From Candidatus Zixiibacteriota bacterium (GTDB lineage Bacteria > Zixibacteria > MSB-5A5 > UBA10806 > 4484-95): a stretch of 20,039 nucleotides of DNA. Location: assembly GCA_029932605.1 (NCBI GenBank), contig JAOZPT010000037.1, forward strand, positions 1 to 20,039, given 5' to 3'. Below the pieces are notes generated by a model. That model was not told the DNA's origin, searched no databases, and saw nothing but the letters and a program-made list of their open reading frames with translations. Below are positions 9,612-18,400 of the stretch, piece after piece (within the stretch, counting starts at the first letter, position 1; each line of letters starts with the position of its first letter). Made by a program: the position numbers and the translations under genes.

Positions 9612-9647
9612 ATAATATTGACTGTATTTATCTTTGTCAAGTATAAT
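9612..9647. promoter_or_regulatory. Overlapping divergent sigma70 promoters (purF and the HisKA gene)
   Basis: Plus strand TTGACT(9618)-18 nt-TATAAT(9642). Minus strand TTGACA(9640)-17 nt-TATTAT(9617). Confidence 0.6.
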
Positions 9648-9697
9648 ACTTTAAAGGGTCATCTGTTTTTTGGTTTATTCTTGCGGAAACCTCTAAA

Positions 9698-10852
9698 ATG
9701 AACGAAAATAAAATTTGCAATCTCATTGATTCGTTACAAGAGCTTCTATACACGCCGTTTGGACAGCTGGCCGATAAAGCCATAGAAGGAATAGTGACTA
9801 TCTGCCAACCCCTTGCAGTCAAGATAAAAATCATCCTCCCGAATAAAAAGATATACCAGCAATCTACAGGAGAGAAGTCTCAGATTGAAACATTAGTAAA
9901 CTTCGAAAAAAAATATAATTCTCTTGATGCTACCTCAGCCATATTTAATGTAAACGACGGTGAAAGATATATCGTTGCCTGCGCTTGCATCAAAAGTCCC
10001 TGCGGATATAGCGGACATATCTATATTATAATAAAACACTCGAATCCACTTAAGCATATAATCGGTCAAATTCTGGAACTCTTCGCCAGCAATATCATTT
10101 TAGCATTATCCAAACAAACATTGGAAAAACCAATCAAACTTGAAAAGATCCTAATCAAAGCTGCTGAAGAGATGATTCATATTGGCGTTGAAGGAATTAT
10201 GGCTTTCCAATATAAAGATCAAAAACAAGCTTACTGGGTTGAAAAAAGAGGAAAGAAACACAAAAAATTTATACCAACAGAACAACTATTAAAAATCTTT
10301 ACAGAAGAGCCCGCTTTAAACAGCAAAAAGATTGAAGAGATCTGTTCTTATTTACCAACGAGTGGAGAGTTTGAAAATATCAGGTGGTCAGAGTTTAAAG
10401 TAGGCGGAAAGATAATAACAGCGTTATTTGCCGGTAAATTCAAATCGGCAGAGTTAATATTTTCCAAGTTCAGAAGTATTATCTCTGATTTCGATACACC
10501 AACCAACTACGATGAGATAATCGAATCATTCAACCAACTGAAAAAGGACCATAAGCTGATTGTCAAAGGTGAAAAAATCTCCTCCATACTGGAAACCGCC
10601 GTCGCCATAAACCACGAGGTGAACAACCCTCTCACTGCTATTCTTGGTAATACCCAGTTGCTTTTATTAAATAAAGATAATCTTCCTTCAGATATTGTGA
10701 ACAAGATAATCACCATTGAAAAAAGCGCTTTAAGGATTCGCCAGGTTACCCAGAAGCTTATGTCAGTGGTTGAACCGATAACAACCTCATATACTGAAAG
10801 CCTTGAGATGCTGGATATCGACAAAAGCACTTCCCCTAAAATCGATGAGTAG
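9698..10852 (+). CDS. Cytoplasmic signalling protein with a C-terminal HisKA (DHp) domain and no HATPase domain
   Basis: H-box ETAVAINHEVNNPLTAILG. The protein ends about 75 aa after the His with no N/G1/F/G2 boxes. No transmembrane segment is evident. Confidence 0.8.
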   Translation: MNENKICNLIDSLQELLYTPFGQLADKAIEGIVTICQPLAVKIKIILPNKKIYQQSTGEKSQIETLVNFEKKYNSLDATSAIFNVNDGERYIVACACIKSPCGYSGHIYIIIKHSNPLKHIIGQILELFASNIILALSKQTLEKPIKLEKILIKAAEEMIHIGVEGIMAFQYKDQKQAYWVEKRGKKHKKFIPTEQLLKIFTEEPALNSKKIEEICSYLPTSGEFENIRWSEFKVGGKIITALFAGKFKSAELIFSKFRSIISDFDTPTNYDEIIESFNQLKKDHKLIVKGEKISSILETAVAINHEVNNPLTAILGNTQLLLLNKDNLPSDIVNKIITIEKSALRIRQVTQKLMSVVEPITTSYTESLEMLDIDKSTSPKIDE

Positions 10853-10962
10853 TTCCTGAAAATTTTCTATTATATTTTTATTTAAGCATAACCAGTTTTA
10901 TGTTGATATGTTTATATTTATTTTTGGGTTAGTAGTCATTAAAAGATTGAGAATATTTTCAC

Positions 10963-10991
10963 TTGCAAAAGTCATCAGCCAGATATAGATT
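10963..10991 (+). promoter_or_regulatory. Putative sigma70 promoter of proline dehydrogenase
   Basis: TTGCAA-17 nt-TAGATT. Confidence 0.45.
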
Positions 10992-11017
10992 TGATGAGGT
11001 CTTGACAGGAGGTGTAT

Positions 11018-11866
11018 GTGAGTTTTCTGACATTTTTTGCTCGACGGTTTATTACTGGCGAAACTGTTGAAAGCGCCATAGAAGCTGTAAAAAAACTTAA
11101 CGCTTCCGGAATGAGCGTAACACTGGATATATTAGGCGAAAATGTCACCAACCAGGAAAAAGCCACTCGTACAGCCGACAATTACATAAATCTCCTGCAG
11201 GTAATTACCAAAACAAAAATAGATTCAAATATCTCAATCAAGCTAACACAAATGGGATTAGATATTTCAGATGATTTCTGTTATGAGAATGTTAACCGTA
11301 TACTAGAGAAAGCCGCCAGCTTGGGCAATTTTGTACGTATCGATATGGAGGGCTCAGATTATACCGAGAGAACTCTTAATCTGGTTTACAGATGGCATGA
11401 AAAATTCGAAAACATGGGCACTGTGATTCAATCATACCTTTACCGTTCGGAGAAGGATATCGAGGAGTTGAATAAACGACAAATAAAAGTAAGATTATGT
11501 AAAGGAGCATACAAAGAACCCAAAACGGTCGCTTTCCAGTCTAAAGATGATGTCAATGATAATTTCGTTAAACTTGCAAAGATGCTATTGAAAAATGGCA
11601 ATTATCCCGCAATCGCCAGCCATGATGAGGCTATGATAAAAGCCTCGATAGAGACGGCAAACCAGCTTGGTCGGGATAAATCCAGCTTCGAATTTCAAAT
11701 GCTTTATGGTATCAACAGGTCTGCCCAGCGGGAACTTGTAAGGCAGGGATATAAAATGAGGGTTTATACTCCATTCGGCACTCACTGGCTGCCTTATTAT
11801 TTAAGAAGGCTCAGGGAACGCAAGGAAAACATTTCCTTTCTCGTGAGACATTTGTTTAAGGATTGA
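11018..11866 (+). CDS. putB: Monofunctional proline dehydrogenase
   Basis: RRFITGE, ISIKLTQMGL, VRIDME, VRLCKGAY, ASHD, EFQMLYG and YYLRRLRER. GTG 11018 is chosen as the start because AGGAGG lies at 11007-11012. Confidence 0.92.
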   Translation: MSFLTFFARRFITGETVESAIEAVKKLNASGMSVTLDILGENVTNQEKATRTADNYINLLQVITKTKIDSNISIKLTQMGLDISDDFCYENVNRILEKAASLGNFVRIDMEGSDYTERTLNLVYRWHEKFENMGTVIQSYLYRSEKDIEELNKRQIKVRLCKGAYKEPKTVAFQSKDDVNDNFVKLAKMLLKNGNYPAIASHDEAMIKASIETANQLGRDKSSFEFQMLYGINRSAQRELVRQGYKMRVYTPFGTHWLPYYLRRLRERKENISFLVRHLFKD

Positions 11867-12171
11867 GAGGTTAAACAGACAAGAAGTGAATTGGAAATAC
11901 CCGGATTATCCTACCGATAGTCAAGAAGATGGCGAGTAAAAAATAGCGAGATAGGTTAAGCAGAGATCATTAATAGAAAAGGTCATCAGCGACCTCAGAA
12001 ATGATGTCGGTATGGCTAGAAATCTCTTAAAATAAATTATTGGCAATATAACCACTCCCGAGTTAGCAGTAAAAGGTTGGAATCTGAAGAAACTTATCAA
12101 AGAGCTTCTTTTTGCCCTGAAATATTTTGGCTTCCGACCAAAACTTGAAATAAGACTCTTTGTGTGGCAAC
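11865..12171 (+). mobile_element. IS5-family remnant B: decayed transposase 3' part plus right end
   Basis: Reads RG*TDKK*IGNTRIILP..., then after a frameshift KQRSLIEKVISDLRNDVGMARNLLK*IIGNITTPELAVKGWNLKKLIKELLF. It ends GACTCTTTGTGTGGCAAC|TA and is homologous to remnant A. Confidence 0.75.
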
Positions 12172-13166
12172 TAAATATGGAATTCGATGACATCCTTGTC
12201 AGAAAGGACAAAACTGTTTTTTACTCTCTGCCCCTTAAATTTCCCTTTCCCCCAAACTTTGGCATATTGAAGTTTATATGCGAAATCTTTATGAAGCGCT
12301 ATAGCCGCATCCTCTACTGTCCCGCCCACCGGAAGAATAATCGGGTCGACATAATCGACATCATGACCAATCCGTTTAGTATAAACCCTGATAATCCCCA
12401 GTGAATTAAAAATCGCTGCCTTGAAATTGTTCAGGGAATCATCATCAAGAATCGATGTCGGTATTATGGTAAATTCCGGATATAGATCTCTTAATTTCTT
12501 TAGTCCTTTTTCTCCATTCTTTTCTAAATACTTATGAGCAGCTATGATAGTTTTCTTATAAGCTATACGGGGATCATCGTTCTTTTTGGTCACCTGTGGA
12601 ACCAGAACAATTCTTTTTTCAATCAACCGATCGAATACAACCTTAAGACCGCTTTCCAATCCAACATCGGAAACATCAGCCACCACTACAACAAGGTCAG
12701 CCTGACGGATAAGATTTAGCAAATAAGTATCCAGTTGCTCCTTTGATATTGGCGAGGTATCGACTAACTGGAATTGGACTGTCTCGAATGTCATAATACC
12801 GGCTGACGGCTCGCGTGTAGTATATGGATAATCAGCAATTGCCGGTTTCAAATTTGTAAGGCTATCAAGAAGACTTGATTTGCCGGAGTTGGGAGGGCCA
12901 ACCAGTATAATCTGTGCTGCTCCCTCTTTTTCGATATGGTCAAGAGTGTCAGCCCGTCGGGCACCATGTTTTTTCCTGCCGGATTCAATCTGCTTTTTAA
13001 GTTTTGATATTTTTGCCTTAAGGTCAGCCTGAAGTTTATCTGTGCCTTTATGTTTTGGCATTACCCCCAGAAGTTCCTTGGCTAAACGTAATTTCTCATG
13101 GAGATCGGTTTCTTTTTTGAACTCCTTTTCTAAAGCATAATACTGGGGTGGTAAATTTGCAGGCAT
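12171..13166 (-). CDS. OBG/DRG-family GTP-binding protein with a TGS domain
   Basis: MPANLPPQY and PKHKGTDKL N-terminus; G1 GPPNSGKS; G2 YPYTT; TGS domain IRVYTK...YAKVWG...LSDKDVIEFH. Confidence 0.9.
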   Translation of the reverse strand: MPANLPPQYYALEKEFKKETDLHEKLRLAKELLGVMPKHKGTDKLQADLKAKISKLKKQIESGRKKHGARRADTLDHIEKEGAAQIILVGPPNSGKSSLLDSLTNLKPAIADYPYTTREPSAGIMTFETVQFQLVDTSPISKEQLDTYLLNLIRQADLVVVVADVSDVGLESGLKVVFDRLIEKRIVLVPQVTKKNDDPRIAYKKTIIAAHKYLEKNGEKGLKKLRDLYPEFTIIPTSILDDDSLNNFKAAIFNSLGIIRVYTKRIGHDVDYVDPIILPVGGTVEDAAIALHKDFAYKLQYAKVWGKGKFKGQRVKNSFVLSDKDVIEFHI

Positions 13167-13183
13167 AAGTCACACTCCATTTA

Positions 13184-13212
13184 ATTTTAATCAATACGTA
13201 TCTCATTTTCAA
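13184..13212 (-). promoter_or_regulatory. Putative sigma70 promoter of the GTPase gene
   Basis: Minus strand TTGAAA-17 nt-TAAAAT, with GGAG downstream. Confidence 0.5.
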
Positions 13213-13567
13213 GGAGAAACAAGTGGAAATTAACACCGGGGCTTATTAAACTGATAAAGTTTCTTTTTCTATCATCTTCAAATCCTGCTTAATCAATCAA
13301 AAAATATCAAAAACATTACAGAAAAGTAACTTTTAATATTAGAAAAACCCTTGAAGCCACACAATATTAAAATATATAAAAATAAGAGTAGAATAATATA
13401 CATTTTATTTGTATTTTTTATATGCTACTTACAAGTAGCCGTTTGCTTTAAACAAAACAAAAAACCGCTCTGATGTAAACCAAAATGAAATAAACTGGTG
13501 AAAACATGTTGGTAATATCGATATTTTGCAAGTCACATGATTTAATTTTACTTTTGGAAGGTTAAAA

Positions 13568-14824
13568 ATGAAAGTTGATTTTATCGTTTTATTACTGGTG
13601 TTTGTTGCTGGTGGACATGACAATGCGTATACCAATAATAACACTAACCTGATTTTTTACCCACAAGATAACAAACCGATGATTGCCAATGTTGAAAAAG
13701 AAGAGCATAACTGCAGTATGTGGGCCGCCATTTCAAACGATATAGAGGATGGGATTATTTATGACCATCTTATCGGAGACATCCACTCCCTAAAGAACCT
13801 ATCACAGACTATAAATCCGGATGGATGGGGTATCGCTTACTTCCCAAGCTTCGGGGAAATACAGACTATAGAAAGAGGAGCATTGCGAGCATATAACGAT
13901 CCTAATTATGATTCAGTGGTCATTCAACTTGATATCTCCAAACCCAAAATAGCATTAGCCCATATAAGAAATTGTGCTTCAGGTTGCTGTTGCCATGGTT
14001 GCGATACCATTCCTAACCCACACCCTTTCTCAAGGAACAAAAACGACCATAACTGGATATTTGCCCACAACGGTCATGTCAGCAAATCGTTATTATATGA
14101 TTTAATCGGTGAGGAATATCTCGAGGAAAACCCTCCTAATGGCTCCGGAATACCAGAATGCGACCCTGCTGATACATCATTAATAGTTGATTCAGAACTT
14201 TATTTCTTATACTTATTAAAAAACATTGAGGAAAATAACTGGAATATCATTAACGGTGTTATAGGGGCAATAACAGAGCTTGCTTCAAACGATGCATCTT
14301 CAACCTTGAATTTTATTTTAAGCGATGGCTATAACATCTGGGCTTTTCGTAAAGGAGCTTCCCTGTATTATCTCAATGATTCTTTAAACAACTACTGTGC
14401 TGTTGCAACAATATATCCATCCGGACAACAGGGCAACTGGCAACTTCTGAATAATTACGAGCTGGTTAGCCTAAGTGCTGATGAAACGCCAACTTTAATT
14501 TCACCACTTTATGTCCCCGGTGATGTCAATGGCGACAATTATGTTATGGGCAATGACGCTGTATACAGTGTTCGCTACTTCAAGGGACTTGGGCCACCTC
14601 CTCCTGATTCATGCTGGAATGATTCAACCTCATGTTGGCTGTATTCTGCCGGTGATACAAATGGCAATTGTCTTTTCCAGGGTTCAGATATCACATACCT
14701 TGTTGCTTTTTTTAAAGGTTACAACAGGGCTATTCCCTGGTGTCCCCAGACACCACCATTCAATCCATCCTCGCAATTAAAACATGGCAAGTATATCACA
14801 AACCCAATAACGCACGAGAACTAG
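13568..14824 (+). CDS. Exported class II glutamine amidotransferase-like (Ntn, EgtC/YafJ-like) protein with a C-terminal dockerin-like domain
   Basis: Hydrophobic N-terminal signal; Cys49 in HNCSMWA; NPDGWGIAYF, LAHIR, NPHPF, WIFAHNG and VDSELYF. Duplicated Ca-loops GDVNGDNYVMGNDAVYSVRYFKG and GDTNGNCLFQGSDITYLVAFFKG at 14516-14720. Confidence 0.85.
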   Translation: MKVDFIVLLLVFVAGGHDNAYTNNNTNLIFYPQDNKPMIANVEKEEHNCSMWAAISNDIEDGIIYDHLIGDIHSLKNLSQTINPDGWGIAYFPSFGEIQTIERGALRAYNDPNYDSVVIQLDISKPKIALAHIRNCASGCCCHGCDTIPNPHPFSRNKNDHNWIFAHNGHVSKSLLYDLIGEEYLEENPPNGSGIPECDPADTSLIVDSELYFLYLLKNIEENNWNIINGVIGAITELASNDASSTLNFILSDGYNIWAFRKGASLYYLNDSLNNYCAVATIYPSGQQGNWQLLNNYELVSLSADETPTLISPLYVPGDVNGDNYVMGNDAVYSVRYFKGLGPPPPDSCWNDSTSCWLYSAGDTNGNCLFQGSDITYLVAFFKGYNRAIPWCPQTPPFNPSSQLKHGKYITNPITHEN

Positions 14825-15180
14825 CAACCAGTTGACAGTCTTTATCTATTAATTATTATCAGCTATTCTCTAATTAAATTCATGTAACTATTTAGACCAT
14901 TATATTTTACAAATGAACAAAAACATGTTTTCGGACGATAGGCAACTTAGCAATACTTATGTAATTGATTACAATTCTAAAAGTAAAAAAAATAATATCC
15001 ACCATAACAGATGCAACATATGAACTTCAAAAGGCTTACAAGTTATTGGGGAAAGATAATAAATCTCTTATATAGTTAAGAATTCGACCAAATAAAGTTT
15101 TATGTTACCTGTTTTGAATAACGTTCAATTTATTGTTAACTAACATAAATCAGTCTATTCATTTTTGCTCAAAATTGAAA

Positions 15181-15208
15181 TTGACAAATTATAAATAATA
15201 ATTATGTT
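15181..15208 (+). promoter_or_regulatory. Possible sigma70 promoter of the C25 protease gene
   Basis: TTGACA-16 nt-TATGTT in an AT-rich intergenic region. Confidence 0.35.
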
Positions 15209-15439
15209 ATATACGAAAGGGGATATAATTGCCCCTGCTGATTTAAAAGACTACTTAACTTACAGTAACAATGTGCTTGGGTTAATAGATGGGAAATATT
15301 CAGCATTGGAGAAGGTTTAGGCTTTTTTACAAAGTTTTACCTTCTTCTACAGAAGAACATGACAACTTTTTATGCATATGCCCTAATATAACTTACAAGG
15401 TATACAAGCAAATGTATTAAGCTTTAGTGAGGGATAGTT

Positions 15440-18400
15440 ATGAAAAGGTTAATACACGCTGGAATTTGCATGATGTTTTTTTTAGCATCCGCAAAAGGAT
15501 CATGGGGATTTTCTTATGAATTTGAATTTGATCAAAAATCGTTAGAGATAACCGGTGACCAGTACGGTGATTTACTAAAATTAGATGGTTGTAATATGAA
15601 AGGTGCCCCTGGAAACCCGTTTGTTCCGGTTAAAACCGGGCATATCGCAACACCTTTTGGCACACGTGTCACGGATATCAGGGTTATAGATGAAAAGTGG
15701 TCTTTACTTCCTGGTAATTACAATATACGACCCGCACCAACACCTGTTCCTGTTTCATACGACGGCCCGCTACCGGAGGTCATTCGCAACGAGTCGGTTT
15801 ACTCCTCGGACAACCCATATCCTTCTGATGCCTTCGTCTTTACCGGTGAAGGTTCGTTGCGCGGTTACTCCCTGGGGGGCTTTGAAATATTTCCTCTTCG
15901 ATATTATCCCGCCTCAGGACGGGTTGAAATATTAGAAAGGCTTGTGGTACAGGTTGAATTCAATGCATCCTATTCACCTTTCAATCCAACTATTGAATTC
16001 GGCACTGTTGTATCCGGACTGGTAGAAAATCCATCCGTTATTCAGGACCAACCCATAATACTTTCACCTATAGACCCTAACGATGTTAAATACCTAATTA
16101 TCACTTCATCCAGTCTTGCTTCATCTTTCCAGCCTTTAGCTGAATGGTACACACAATCCGGCTGGCCGGCTGAGATTGTAACTTTGACATATATTCAAAG
16201 CAATTATTCAGGCGCAACAGACCAGCTCAAAATAAAAGCTTGTATTCAGGATTATGCGGTTAATAAAGGAACAATCTTCGTCCTCGTAGGGGGCGACGAC
16301 ACTATTATACCGGACCAGAACTGCTGGGGTGATGTCAACAATGGTGGCACCACTGATAACACCATACCCACTGACCTGTTTTATGCCTGCCTTGATAACA
16401 CCTTTAACTGGAATTCAGACGGTGATAATCGGGTAGGTGAGTATAACGATGGAATCGACCTTTACCCCGAGGTATTCATTTCTCGCGCTCCGGTACGCAC
16501 TGCCACACATACAACAAACTTCGTTAACAAAACATTAAACTACATCAAGAACCAGCCTGCTAGTGATTTTGTTGATCCCATGCTCTTAAGTGGTGTTGAG
16601 TTATGGCAAACCTGGGGTGGTCGATCTGATGCTGATTGGCGCTGTGAGAGGCTCTGGAACGATTACGTTTCCCCTTATTGGCCAGGACATTCCCGGGTTC
16701 GTTTTTATGACACAAATACAGACTTTGGTGGCCCCGGTCATGATGTTACCTATCAGAATTTGATCAACAAGTTCAATGATGGTTACAAATTTTTCTTCAT
16801 GGCCACACATGGTAATCAAACAATCTGGGGGATGGAAACAGGCAGTTACTTTTCAAGCAGCCACGCTTCAGCCCTCACCAACAGCAATGAAGAGGGTACC
16901 ATTTATACTATTGCCTGTATCACAAACGCTTTTGACCTTGAAGGAGGCTACACCAGCGACCCTTGCCTTTCCGAGGCGTTCATTCGAAACGGAAACGGTG
17001 GAGCAGTCGTTTACCAAGGCTGTAGCCGTTATGGCTGGGGCTGGAATCAACAATCGGATGAACACGGTCCCTCTTTCCAATATGCCGATGAGTTTTATTA
17101 TTACCTTTTCACCGGGAATAGCACAGGGGTACCATCCGGCTATCCCTACCGTATGGGTGCAGTTGCAGCCTCCCACAAGGCGGCCAAGGTTCCCGAATGT
17201 TACAGCGAGGGTGCAAGTTCAGTTATGAGATGGCTCAACTATGGTTTGAATTCAATCGGCGACCCCGGCATGGATTTATTCACAGAAGATCCATTAACAC
17301 TAAACCCAAGCTACAACGAAACTGCACCAGTTGGCCAATCAAATTTCAACGTTACCGGCCTACCCAGCGAAGCCAGGGTTTGTTTGTGGAAAGATAGCGA
17401 GGTGTACGCTGTGGGCACGGAATCATCCGGAAGTGTAACCCTTTCAATAAACCCAACCTCAACCGGTGTAATGTATATCACCATAACCGCCCACAATTAC
17501 TGGCCTCATATTGATAGTGTTGATATTATAAGCTCAGGACCGTATGTCATTTATGATTCACATACCATTAACGATTCTTCAGGCAATAACAATGGATTGG
17601 TTAACAATGGCGAAAGTATTATTTTAGGCATCCAATTGAAAAACACCGGCACAGAAGATGCTTATAATGTTACGGCCACTCTTTCAACATCAGATTCATA
17701 CATCAATATTACCGACAACACCGAACCATACGGGACCATCAGCGGTAATGGTGGAACAGCTTACCATGATGATGCTTTCGCTTTTGATGTGGGGGGGAAT
17801 ATTCCTGACGGCCATTCTATTCATTTTGAGTTGACTGTAACCGGTACCGCTCTTGATACGTGGAACAGCGATTTCTTTATAAGTGCTCATGCACCGGTTG
17901 TGGAATATTTATCGGTAACGGTTAACGATTACATGGGTAACAATAATGGCATATTAGACCCGGGCGAAACAGCAGATTTGATTGTAACGCTTGAAAACAC
18001 AGGTTCTGCTCAGGCCAGTTCAGTAACCGGTACTCTCTCAGAAAGTGACCCTTATATCAATATCAGCGATAACCATGGCTCATTCGGTGATATCGCTCCT
18101 GATGGTGGTAACGGAGATAATTCTGGTGATGTTTTTGTAGTTTCTGCTGATGATTCTTGTCCAATGGAATATGAAATGACATTTAATCTTGCCGTCAGTG
18201 CAAGTGGAGACTATTCAACCAACCTTAATTTTGATTTAACTATTGGCGACAAGATGGTTTTCTTCTCGGATGATTTCTCATACAATCAGGGCTGGACAGG
18301 TCTTGGTGGTAGTGGTGAGTGGACTATCGGCCCTGCCACCGGAGGTAGTGGTTCTGATAGCTATGGCGGCCCCGATCCATCAGTTGACCATAGTCCCAGC

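Noticed and set aside
11921..12404. ORFs 11921-12211 (-) and 12162-12404 (+)
   Set aside because: Shadows of IS remnant B and of the GTPase gene.
13501..13526. Palindromes AACATGTT and AATATCGATATT upstream of the GATase gene; possible sigma54 site
   Set aside because: Such palindromes are expected by chance in AT-rich DNA, and the GG-GC spacing does not fit a -24/-12 promoter.
1144..14780. Other short ORFs overlapping fusA, dnaJ, the lipoprotein, GNAT, purF, HisKA, putB, GTPase and GATase genes
   Set aside because: They lie antisense or out of frame to well-supported genes and show no motifs.
15476..17797. Homopolymer tracts in the C25 gene (T8 near 15476, G7 near 15873 and 17791) as phase-variation switches
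   Set aside because: The tracts are short and the frame is intact; nothing supports this without read-level variation.
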